Assembly (NCBI GenBank): GCA_964573135.1
Contig: CAZNIO010000007.1
Span: 117 to 64,116, forward strand
Source of the DNA: an uncultured Gammaproteobacteria bacterium
GTDB lineage: Bacteria; Patescibacteriota; Patescibacteriia; UBA2196; GWA2-42-15
DNA: 64,000 bases
Direction of reading: 5' to 3'
Below the pieces are notes generated by a model. That model had not been told where the DNA came from. It saw only the letters and a list, made by a program, of their open reading frames with translations, and did no database searches. Each line of letters begins with the position of its first letter. The stretch's first letter is position 1. This document shows, in pieces, positions 28,963 through 37,809 of the stretch. Position numbers and translations under genes: made by a program.

Positions 28963-30696
28963 ATGAAAAAGCCTGAAGAAGCCAAAGAGCAACTTTTACA
29001 CTATTTTGTAAAAGCAAATAAAGTTGACAATAAGCTTGCCAAAGAACTCGGCCAAGAGAAACAACTGGTCGATCTCGAGGCCAAGCTTATCACCCAAGCT
29101 AAGATATCAGAAGAAGAAATCGCCCGAGCCAAGGCGTCTCTTTTTAATTTGTCCTTTCTTGCTCTAAGCGACCAGAAAATTCCCATGGAGGTTTTAGACA
29201 TTTTGCCAAGAGAGCTAGCTGAAAATTATGGCATGGTTGCCTTTGGTAAACAAGATAATATTATCAGTATTGGCTTAGTCGACCCCACCAACCTAAAAGC
29301 GCGTGAAGCCGCTGATTTCGTAGCTCGTGGTAAAAATTTAAAAACTGAATATCATCTTATTACTAAAACTGCCCTGCACCGCGCTTTGCAGCAATATGGC
29401 AGTTTGAAACTGGAAGTTGGTGAGGCCCTTGAAATGGCCAAAGACAAATTTGGAGAAGGCAGACAGGTTATTGATGAAAAAATGGAAAAGGTCATCAAGT
29501 CAGCCCCTATCTCAAAAATGGTTGCCGTCATTTTAAAACACGCCGTTGAATCACGTGCTTCAGATGTCCACATTGAGCCAACCACAGAAGAAACACATGT
29601 GCGCTATCGCGTTGACGGCAGACTTAAATTATCTTTAGTTTTACCCAAATACGTACACGCCGCTATTATTTCGCGTATCAAAGTCATGTCTAACCTGCGT
29701 ATTGATGAAACCCGCATTCCCCAAGATGGCAGGATCAGGCTCAACATTGGTGGCAGTAACATTGATTTTCGTGTTTCCACTCTCCCTCTATATAGCCAAG
29801 AGAAAGTGGTTATGAGAATTTTAGATACTTCTGGTGGTGTCTCCACCTGGGAAGAGCTTGGTTTCGAAAGCCACAATTTAGAGATAATGAAAAAGAATAT
29901 TAAAAAACCTCATGGCCTATTTCTAGTTACCGGCCCCACTGGTAGCGGTAAATCCACTACCCTGTATGCCGCCTTGCAAATCTTAAATAAAGAAGAGGTT
30001 AATATTGTCACCCTCGAAGACCCAGTCGAGTACTACTTAAAAGGGGTTAATCAGTCTCAGGTCAGACCAGCAGTCAAATTCACCTTTGCTTCAGGTTTAC
30101 GCTCTATCCTGCGTCAAGATCCAGATATTATCATGGTCGGCGAGATCAGGGACGCTGAAACTGCTGAATTGGCCATTCATGCCGGTTTGACAGGTCATAT
30201 TGTTCTCTCTACCTTGCATACCAATGATGCTTTTGGCGCCATTCCGCGTTTAATTGATATGAAGATTGAACCATTTTTAATCTCATCTACCTTAAATATT
30301 GTAGTTGCTCAAAGATTGGTCAGAAGTATTTGCCCTAAATGTAAGGAAGAATCAGAGCTACCGCCCACCACGCGCCAGGAAGTTGAAGAAATTTTTACAA
30401 GCATCCCGTCAAAAAATTTGCCACAAGGTATTACTAAGGAAAGCTTGAGCAAAGTATATCGCGGTAAAGGATGTCCTCATTGTAATCAGACCGGCTACAA
30501 GGGCCGATCAGCTATTGCCGAAGTTCTTGAAATTAATGATGAGATTAAGGATGTTGTTAATTCTGGTTTTAAGTTAAGTACTATCAAAGAAATGTTTATA
30601 AAACAAGGCATGCTTAGCTTAAAACAAAACGGCTTAGTCAAAGTGCTTGAGGGTAGAACTACTATTGAAGAAATCCTAACAGTTACCAAGGATTAG
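28963..30696 (+). CDS. pilB: Type IV pilus assembly ATPase PilB/GspE (extension ATPase).
   Basis: Walker A GPTGSGKST, Asp box VTLEDPVEY, Walker B DIIMVGEIRD, His box LSTLHTN, tetracysteine CPKC...CPHC, and an N-terminal GspE_N domain. Confidence 0.93.
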   Translation: MKKPEEAKEQLLHYFVKANKVDNKLAKELGQEKQLVDLEAKLITQAKISEEEIARAKASLFNLSFLALSDQKIPMEVLDILPRELAENYGMVAFGKQDNIISIGLVDPTNLKAREAADFVARGKNLKTEYHLITKTALHRALQQYGSLKLEVGEALEMAKDKFGEGRQVIDEKMEKVIKSAPISKMVAVILKHAVESRASDVHIEPTTEETHVRYRVDGRLKLSLVLPKYVHAAIISRIKVMSNLRIDETRIPQDGRIRLNIGGSNIDFRVSTLPLYSQEKVVMRILDTSGGVSTWEELGFESHNLEIMKKNIKKPHGLFLVTGPTGSGKSTTLYAALQILNKEEVNIVTLEDPVEYYLKGVNQSQVRPAVKFTFASGLRSILRQDPDIIMVGEIRDAETAELAIHAGLTGHIVLSTLHTNDAFGAIPRLIDMKIEPFLISSTLNIVVAQRLVRSICPKCKEESELPPTTRQEVEEIFTSIPSKNLPQGITKESLSKVYRGKGCPHCNQTGYKGRSAIAEVLEINDEIKDVVNSGFKLSTIKEMFIKQGMLSLKQNGLVKVLEGRTTIEEILTVTKD

Positions 30697-30733
30697 TATG
30701 GGAGGATTTAGTAATTAATATTTTTTAAATTAT

Positions 30734-31804
30734 ATGTCACAAGCCAGTCTAATATTCAATAGAATACTCAACTCCAGCATTACTCAAGGTGCATCATATA
30801 TCCACCTCGAATCGGGTAACAAGCCGACCCTGCGCATTGCCGGTCGCCTCAAAGGCCTTGAAGATGAATCCGTTGTTGATGGAGACTTTATTACAGAAAT
30901 TGTTAAAATTATTCTCTCGGCCGACCAGCAAGAAGAACTTGAAAAAAATAAATCAATTATTGTTGTCCACAATTTTGAAGGCGGTATGCGCTTCAAAATT
31001 AATATTTTCTACCAAAAAAGTAGCCTGGCTATGATATTTAAGTATCTTCCAGCTGAAATTAAAAAATTAGTTGATCTTGGTTTGACTGACCAGTTTATAA
31101 AACTTCTTAATAAAAAGAAGGGTCTCATTTTAGTTACCGGACAGCACGGTTCTGGCAAAGCCTCTACCTCCGCTTCAATGTTAAACCACATTAACACCAA
31201 TGCTTCACGTTATATCATAACTATTGAAAATCCAATTCAATATATTATTCCTCCATCCAAAAGTATTATTGATCAAAGAGAGGTTGGTAAGGATACCCTT
31301 AGCTTTGAGAAAGCCATCAGTTTTGCCGAAGAAAGTGATGCTGACATTGTCTTTTTATCAGAAGTCAATAATGCTAAGTCTTTAGAAAAAGCCATTGATC
31401 TTATCGACAGTGGTCGTCTAGTAATCGCTGTTGTTGAAGCCCCTTCTGCCGCCGATTCCATTGAACATCTTATAAATTTAGTGGCTGATACTGAAAGATC
31501 TAAGCATCGTCAAATCATCTCGAATCTTCTACTTGGTACGCTTGTTCAAAGGCTTATCCCTAGAAGAGGCGGAGGACAAATCGTTGTCCTCGAACTTTTA
31601 ATTGCCAATCCTGCCGTCAGCTCTTTAATTAAAGAAGGTAAGCACGCTCAATTAAGCAGTATTATTCAAACTTCGCGTGACGAGGGCATGCGCACCCTTG
31701 ATCAGTCTCTTATTGAGCTGGTACACACCGGAGAAGTGGATGCCAAAGACGCTCTGCCAGTGGCCACTGATAAAATAGGGTTTCAGGCCGCCGTTCAAGA
31801 ATAG
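30734..31804 (+). CDS. PilT/PilU-like ATPase paralog with degenerate catalytic motifs (probable pseudo-ATPase).
   Basis: Collinear with PilT, but Walker A is GQHGSGKAS (Ala after the Lys), the Asp box EDPIE is ENPIQ, Walker B DIILVGEMRD is DIVFLSEVNN, and the His box TLHT is VVEA. Confidence 0.7.
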   Translation: MSQASLIFNRILNSSITQGASYIHLESGNKPTLRIAGRLKGLEDESVVDGDFITEIVKIILSADQQEELEKNKSIIVVHNFEGGMRFKINIFYQKSSLAMIFKYLPAEIKKLVDLGLTDQFIKLLNKKKGLILVTGQHGSGKASTSASMLNHINTNASRYIITIENPIQYIIPPSKSIIDQREVGKDTLSFEKAISFAEESDADIVFLSEVNNAKSLEKAIDLIDSGRLVIAVVEAPSAADSIEHLINLVADTERSKHRQIISNLLLGTLVQRLIPRRGGGQIVVLELLIANPAVSSLIKEGKHAQLSSIIQTSRDEGMRTLDQSLIELVHTGEVDAKDALPVATDKIGFQAAVQE

Positions 31805-31807
31805 TTT

Positions 31808-33013
31808 ATGTTGTATAACTACAAAACAAAAAATAAACAGGGTCAGACAATTGAAGGTACAGTTGAAGCCCCCAGTAAAAACGAAGCCATTTCCCGCTTG
31901 GCTGAAGAGGGTTTTGTTATTATTTCTATCGAAAAAACTGGTGGTAAAAATTTGGCTGAAATTGACATTGCTTTTTTAAATAGAATTCAAACCAAGGACT
32001 TGGTTATGTTTTCTCGACAGCTGGCCGTCATGTCATCCGCCACCTTGCCCATCGTACAGTCTCTGCGTATCTTGTCGGAACAAACCGAAAACCCAAAACT
32101 TCAAAAGATCATTGATGAAATCGCCGATGACGTGGATGGTGGTGAAAAACTTTCAAACTCTCTTGAACGCCACCCTAAGGTTTTTAGTGATTTTTTTATC
32201 GCCATGGTTCGATCAGGCGAAACCTCGGGTAAGGTTGATAAAGTTCTTAATTATTTAGCTGATGAGCAGGAAAAAGACTATGCCCTGATGAGTAAAATTA
32301 AAGGAGCCATGATTTACCCTGCTTTTATCCTGACCGCTCTTGGCGGTGTTGGAATCATTATGATGGTTTTTGTAGTGCCTAAACTTACTTCAATACTACA
32401 AGAAACCGGTGGTGAATTGCCCATAGCCACTAAAATTCTGATTAGTTCAAGCAGTATTTTAACTAGCTGGTGGTGGGCCCTCCTCATCGTTCTTGGTCTT
32501 GCTTTTGTTGGTACCAAATGGATACTAAAAAAAGACAAACCAAAACAATATTTTGACTATTTTAAATTAAAAATTCCAGTTTTTGGTACTCTTTTCCAAC
32601 GTATCCATTTGGTGCGATTTACTCGCAGTTTAGCCACCCTAGTTGAAGGCGGCGTACCTTTGCCCAAATCTCTTGAAATAGTAGCAGATGTTGTCGGCAA
32701 TGAATTTTACAGACATCTGATTCAAAAGACCAGAAAAGATGTGGAAGACGGCAATCCTGTGGCCACTCTTTTTCTAAGAAGCAAGGAAGTGCCTAAAATG
32801 ATTTCTCATATGTTGTCAGTCGGTGAAAAAACCGGTCGCATTGCCGAAGTTTTAAACAAGATGACTGATTTTTATGCTAAAGAAATTGAAAGCATGGTCT
32901 CCAATTTGGTTAGCCTTATTGAACCCATGATCATGATCCTCATGGGTGTTGCCGTTGGCATTATGGTCGCCGCAGTTATTATGCCCATGTACAATATGGC
33001 CTCAGGATTTTAG
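31808..33013 (+). CDS. pilC: Type IV pilus inner-membrane platform protein PilC/GspF.
   Basis: Two GspF repeats and 3 TM segments; conserved RSGE..G and VGE..G motifs. Confidence 0.9.
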   Translation: MLYNYKTKNKQGQTIEGTVEAPSKNEAISRLAEEGFVIISIEKTGGKNLAEIDIAFLNRIQTKDLVMFSRQLAVMSSATLPIVQSLRILSEQTENPKLQKIIDEIADDVDGGEKLSNSLERHPKVFSDFFIAMVRSGETSGKVDKVLNYLADEQEKDYALMSKIKGAMIYPAFILTALGGVGIIMMVFVVPKLTSILQETGGELPIATKILISSSSILTSWWWALLIVLGLAFVGTKWILKKDKPKQYFDYFKLKIPVFGTLFQRIHLVRFTRSLATLVEGGVPLPKSLEIVADVVGNEFYRHLIQKTRKDVEDGNPVATLFLRSKEVPKMISHMLSVGEKTGRIAEVLNKMTDFYAKEIESMVSNLVSLIEPMIMILMGVAVGIMVAAVIMPMYNMASGF

Positions 33014-33150
33014 TTTATTAGTTATTTTATGCTATAATACAACTGTGGATAAAATTTATCTTAAAAATTAAATATTGCAAAGGTCGAAATATTGTAATAG
33101 ATCTAGCTAGATTTATTAGTTAACTAGTATAAATTAAAAAGAAAATTCCT

Positions 33151-33621
33151 ATGCGAAATAAAAAAGGTTTTACATTAATTGAGCTGTTGGTGGTTATTGC
33201 TATTATCGGACTTTTGGCAACCTTGTCAGTCGTAGCATTAAATAATGCACGTCAGAAATCAAGAGATGCCAAGAGAGTCTCTGATGTTAAGCAAGTTCAG
33301 ACAGCCCTCGAGCTTTATTTTATTGATGCTAACCATTATCCAGTTAAAGCTACTGCAGTTACTCTAGGTGTCAGTCCAAATGATACTCTAAGTGCAACTG
33401 GTGGATTTGCTGATGCTGTAAATGGCACCACCTATATGGGCCAAGTTCCAGCTGATCCAGGCGTTGCCTCGGGTTATGTTTATTCATATGTCAGCGTTTC
33501 GGGAAGCGGAACTTATTCCTTTACCTTTGGTCTTGAAGGCGCTACCGGCGGGTTGACTTGTGCTGGCGGTTATGACGCTACTTGTTGCGTAGCCTCTCCA
33601 GATGGTATTATTTGTACCTAG
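33151..33621 (+). CDS. Type IV (major) pilin.
   Basis: Prepilin leader plus N-terminal helix [30 protein letters not shown]; a C-terminal Cys pair; a terminator follows. Confidence 0.85.
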   Translation: MRNKKGFTLIELLVVIAIIGLLATLSVVALNNARQKSRDAKRVSDVKQVQTALELYFIDANHYPVKATAVTLGVSPNDTLSATGGFADAVNGTTYMGQVPADPGVASGYVYSYVSVSGSGTYSFTFGLEGATGGLTCAGGYDATCCVASPDGIICT

Positions 33622-33649
33622 TCTGGAAGATTTTCACTGTTAAGTTTGA

Positions 33650-33676
33650 ACCCCCCGATATATCGGGGGGTTTTTG
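33650..33676 (+). terminator. Rho-independent terminator after the pilin gene.
   Basis: aaccccccgatatatcggggggttttt. Confidence 0.7.
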
Positions 33677-33744
33677 TTTTGCTTAAAATGGAAGAATAAA
33701 ACTAATATTATGTTTTTTTTACTTTTTCATGATATAATATAGTT

Positions 33745-34566
33745 ATGGATTGGTTTTTATACATTCTTGTTTTTATTCTAGGTTCCCTTATGGGTAGTTT
33801 TTTGAATTGTGTTATTTACCGCTTACATCAAGGCAAATCTTTTCTACGTGGTCGCTCTTTTTGCCCTAAGTGTAAAAAAATAATTAAGTGGTATGATAAT
33901 ATTCCGCTTGTTGGATTCCTTGCTCTCCGAGGCAAATGTCGCTTTTGTCTGAAGAAAATTTCTTGGCAATACCCAATAGTAGAGCTAACCACCGCCATTA
34001 TCTTTCTTATTATCTTCCTTGTTAGATTCTCAAGTCTTGATTTTAATCTTTTATCATTCACACATATTGATATTCTCGTCATCCTGCGTGATTGGATATT
34101 TAGTTGTTTTCTTTTAATTATCTTTATCTATGATTTAAAGTATTATCTTATTCTTGATAAGGTCAGTATCCCCGCCATGATTATTGCCTTAGCTCTAAAT
34201 TTAATTATCCAGCTTGCTTCTCATGGTTGGCATTCAATATTTTCTGCTCTCTTTTCATATCTTTTAGCAGCTTTAGTGTGTGGCGGGTTTTTTCTCCTGC
34301 AGTTTCTAATCTCGCGTGGCAAATGGATAGGTGGAGGAGATATACGACTTGGATTTCTTATGGGCCTCATGCTTGGTTGGCCGTATGCCTTGGTTGCCCT
34401 TTTTATGGCATACATCCTTGGCGCTTTGATAGGTACGGGCCTCCTAGCCACCGGTAAAAAGAAAATGCAATCTCAAATACCCTTTGGCACTTTTTTGAGC
34501 CTGGCTACCCTGGTCGCCCTGCTTTTTGGGAGTCAATTACTTAACCAATATTTATCCATTCTTTAA
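33745..34566 (+). CDS. pilD: Prepilin peptidase PilD (A24 family).
   Basis: N-terminal zinc-binding CPKC...CRFC, multiple TM segments and the conserved catalytic Asp regions. Confidence 0.88.
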   Translation: MDWFLYILVFILGSLMGSFLNCVIYRLHQGKSFLRGRSFCPKCKKIIKWYDNIPLVGFLALRGKCRFCLKKISWQYPIVELTTAIIFLIIFLVRFSSLDFNLLSFTHIDILVILRDWIFSCFLLIIFIYDLKYYLILDKVSIPAMIIALALNLIIQLASHGWHSIFSALFSYLLAALVCGGFFLLQFLISRGKWIGGGDIRLGFLMGLMLGWPYALVALFMAYILGALIGTGLLATGKKKMQSQIPFGTFLSLATLVALLFGSQLLNQYLSIL

Positions 34567-34575
34567 TTAAAGACA

Positions 34576-35130
34576 ATGAAAAAATTTAGCACAAATCAAT
34601 CCGGCTTCACCATTATTGAGCTTCTCATATCTTCAATGATTATTATAATAATATCAACCCTAGTTATTGTTAATTTTCGCAATCAAACACAAAAAGTGGC
34701 CCTTGAAAAAGAAACAGAAAGATTGAGTGGTGCTATTCGTCAAGTTCACATCAACGCTTTAACCGGACTCTTGGTTGATGGCTCTCGCCCCACTGGCGGT
34801 TTCGGCATTCACTTAGAAGAATGTAGCACCGACTGCCACTATATTCTTTTTGCCGACCAAGATGGTGATTATATCTATGAGGAAGGTATAGATGATATAT
34901 GGCAGACTTTGGGCGTTCTTGAAAACGAGGTCTACCTGGTTGATCTTTCACTTGATCCCGATGGCGCTCAAATTGAAGTTGATATTGTTTTTACTTCTCC
35001 TAAGGGAGATATTTACGTTAACGGTCTTGATGACCAAGACAGCGCTACTATTGTACTTGGCTTTCAAAATCATTCTCTAACTCAAACCATTACTTTTGAT
35101 CCTATCAACGGCCGAATCAACATTGAATAA
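34576..35130 (+). CDS. Minor pilin / pseudopilin.
   Basis: Prepilin N-terminus QSGFTIIELLISSMIIIII. Confidence 0.7.
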   Translation: MKKFSTNQSGFTIIELLISSMIIIIISTLVIVNFRNQTQKVALEKETERLSGAIRQVHINALTGLLVDGSRPTGGFGIHLEECSTDCHYILFADQDGDYIYEEGIDDIWQTLGVLENEVYLVDLSLDPDGAQIEVDIVFTSPKGDIYVNGLDDQDSATIVLGFQNHSLTQTITFDPINGRINIE

Positions 35131-35136
35131 CTCATT

Positions 35137-35685
35137 ATGTTTAAAAGCAAACGCAACCAAAAAGGACTTACCCTTGTAGAAACAACCGTTGCCCTGGGTA
35201 TTATTATGATGGGCGTCCTGGCCAGCCTTGTTTTAATGATGGCTACTTTTAATTTTGCCCAAAGAAACGAGCAGGAGATAGTTATCGTCAATCTGGCTCG
35301 TGAAGGCATAGAAATTGTTAGAGCCATGCGCAATACCGGTTCAATTGATCTTTTTGATGGAACATACGATGGGCAAAATTTTATCGTTGATTCAGATGCC
35401 AATTTCAATTTAGATACCAGCGTGGGAGAGAGTATTGATTATGACATTGATGATTGCTCATCGTGTAGCCTTTATATAAGCGATGGTCGCTATTTACATG
35501 AGGATACTGGTGATATCACTATCTTTAAAAGAATCGTTAGAATACGCAATGTTTCAGGTAATGAGAAAAAAATTACTTCCGAAATACGCTGGCAGCACAA
35601 AGGCCAAAACCATGATTTTCTATTAGAAACCAATTTTACTAATTGGGTTGATGAATTGCAAACCAAATTATTTAACCAAGAGTAA
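35137..35685 (+). CDS. Minor pilin / pseudopilin.
   Basis: Prepilin N-terminus QKGLTLVETTVALGIIMMGV. Confidence 0.7.
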   Translation: MFKSKRNQKGLTLVETTVALGIIMMGVLASLVLMMATFNFAQRNEQEIVIVNLAREGIEIVRAMRNTGSIDLFDGTYDGQNFIVDSDANFNLDTSVGESIDYDIDDCSSCSLYISDGRYLHEDTGDITIFKRIVRIRNVSGNEKKITSEIRWQHKGQNHDFLLETNFTNWVDELQTKLFNQE

Positions 35686-35690
35686 CTCCT

Positions 35691-36269
35691 ATGAGTTTAT
35701 TTCGTATAAAAAAGAATAATGTTAAAGGTTTTACCTTACTTGAAATGATCCTTGCTCTTGGTATTTTTATAATCCTCTTTACTTTGACCCTGGGTATCTA
35801 TTCTTATGCTTTGCGCGCCGAACAAAAAACCACTCAACTATCACGCTTGCAAAAAGAAGCCCAACTCATTATGGAAATTGTAGCTAAAAAGGTTAGAAAT
35901 TCACGTATTGATTATGCTTGGTATTCGGGTGAGCTTTCTTCCCCTGAAAGCAGTCTAGCCCTTCTTGACAAGTCAGCTGAGCGCACTGTTTTTAAATTGA
36001 AAACTGATGTTCTGGGTGATAATTTTGCCATTTGTTCTTTGGGAGACTGCGTCTCAGACGATGATTTTTCTATTATCCCTGCTAGCAACATAGTTATTGC
36101 CAGTCTGAATTTCTATATCAGTCCCTTAGTTGATCCTTTCAGTCTCGACGAACTACCTAGTGAATACCCCAGAGTCACCATCGTTGTTGATCTCGAGCAC
36201 ACCCAGGGAGGTATTACGCGCAACATGTTAGTTCAACAAACCATCCCCCAGAGATTAGGAGGATTTTAA
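35691..36269 (+). CDS. Minor pilin / pseudopilin.
   Basis: Prepilin N-terminus VKGFTLLEMILALGIFIIL. Confidence 0.7.
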   Translation: MSLFRIKKNNVKGFTLLEMILALGIFIILFTLTLGIYSYALRAEQKTTQLSRLQKEAQLIMEIVAKKVRNSRIDYAWYSGELSSPESSLALLDKSAERTVFKLKTDVLGDNFAICSLGDCVSDDDFSIIPASNIVIASLNFYISPLVDPFSLDELPSEYPRVTIVVDLEHTQGGITRNMLVQQTIPQRLGGF

Positions 36270-36278
36270 TATAAATCA

Positions 36279-37103
36279 ATGAAGCAAACACCCTGCCAAT
36301 TAAATAATCAGCAAGGTATCGCCCTTATTCTAGCCGTACTCATCTTGGCTAATCTTTTTATTATCGCTTTTATTGTTAGTGATATTGTTATTCGTATTGG
36401 CAAAAGTAGCCACCAAATTGGTTACTCGGAAATTGCCTATTTAGCTGCAGAAACTGCAGTTGAAAAAACAATCTATTCCATTGAATCTGATCGTGATTTA
36501 ACATCACTTGGCACCGAAGCCTCTCCTGTCACCGGTCAGCTTGAGTTTGTCGACGCCGAGTGGTTAAGCTATGTTACTCCTATTACTCAAACTGGTGTTA
36601 TCTGCATTGATAACAATCAGAAATTTAGTTTTCCAGCTGTTGACCCAGATGATGGAGTCCATAGCTGTATTTATTCAGATGCTCCTAGCGCTGATATTGA
36701 TAATACCAATCCTTTAAGGGTGCATCTCCAGGCTGGTAAAACTTTCTACCTAGAGCTTGATATTGATGGCATCGACTATCCAAATTTTCTTGATCTTAGC
36801 TGGCAGAACAAAAGGCCCGGCCAAGTCATTATCCTGAATCTTGATGAGACAGGAGAAGATATCCAGACAATTGTCGACACCAATGACGTTAAACAAGCCC
36901 AAGTGCCGCCCACAGGCAGTCTAAGCGCCAATCAGCGCTTTGATATTAGAAACGAGCACTCAAGTGACATTATCTATACCATTACCCCTTCCTTGGGCGA
37001 TTATGCCCTGACTTTAAGTATTATGGTTTATAACCAGGGGCAATATAGCACCTCACAGGAAAGAATCATCGAAGTTGAGCGACGCAATTGGCAAATCTAT
37101 TAA
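36279..37103 (+). CDS. Putative minor pilin (PilX-like) with an atypical leader.
   Basis: QQGIALILAVLILANLFIIAF hydrophobic N-terminus; position at the end of the pilin operon. Confidence 0.45.
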   Translation: MKQTPCQLNNQQGIALILAVLILANLFIIAFIVSDIVIRIGKSSHQIGYSEIAYLAAETAVEKTIYSIESDRDLTSLGTEASPVTGQLEFVDAEWLSYVTPITQTGVICIDNNQKFSFPAVDPDDGVHSCIYSDAPSADIDNTNPLRVHLQAGKTFYLELDIDGIDYPNFLDLSWQNKRPGQVIILNLDETGEDIQTIVDTNDVKQAQVPPTGSLSANQRFDIRNEHSSDIIYTITPSLGDYALTLSIMVYNQGQYSTSQERIIEVERRNWQIY

Positions 37104-37126
37104 ATTCTTTGAGATTTAAAAAACAC

Positions 37127-37160
37127 CCTGGTTATTAAAACCAGGGTGTTTTGATATCCT
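37127..37160. terminator. Bidirectional terminator hairpin with a 12-bp stem.
   Basis: aaaaacaccctggttattaaaaccagggtgtttt. Confidence 0.65.
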
Positions 37161-37164
37161 TATC

Positions 37165-37680
37165 CTATTGTGTTTTTCTCATCTCAATTTGTTTAGCCAA
37201 AAAGGAACTCTCTCCTTTTATATTCTCATAGCTTATCGCTATAATCTCATCCCCAACCATTAAGTCTGCAAAGGCCATCTCCATTCTTTTAAAATTAAAT
37301 TCCTCCCCTTCCTCTATTTGCATTGGTATAACTGTTTTTTGATACTCAGTCTCATCATCTACCCTGACTTCAATGTTAGCATCTTCTAATAAATAGTTCT
37401 TTGTCTTCTCCACCTTTATAACTACTCCATCTTCATTCTTTTCAACTATCGTGCCAATGTATGAAAAAAATTCATCTGGTAGCCCGTCCTCTACCTGACC
37501 TGCTTGTCCATTTTGTGTATCATTCACCACCACCTTATTATCTTCTTTAACTGTTTTTACGATAAAATAGGCGGCAATTAAGACAACCACCAAAAGGACC
37601 ACTACTATTATTATGGTTTTTTTAGTTTTACTTGCCGGTGGCATTGCTTCATCCATATTATTTAATTTAATTGTTAACAC
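37165..37680 (-). CDS. Membrane-anchored hypothetical protein.
   Basis: N-terminal TM helix IIIVVVLLVVVLIAAYFIV; no recognised domain. Confidence 0.45.
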   Translation of the reverse strand: MLTIKLNNMDEAMPPASKTKKTIIIVVVLLVVVLIAAYFIVKTVKEDNKVVVNDTQNGQAGQVEDGLPDEFFSYIGTIVEKNEDGVVIKVEKTKNYLLEDANIEVRVDDETEYQKTVIPMQIEEGEEFNFKRMEMAFADLMVGDEIIAISYENIKGESSFLAKQIEMRKTQ

Positions 37681-37809
37681 ATATATTATATCATCTTTTA
37701 TTAAATATATTAAATACTAATTTCTATCTTATTGACCTTTCCTAATCCATGGTGTATACTAATATTCAAGTAAAAATTCTATTCACTCTTTGATTTTTCA
37801 ACCAAAATT

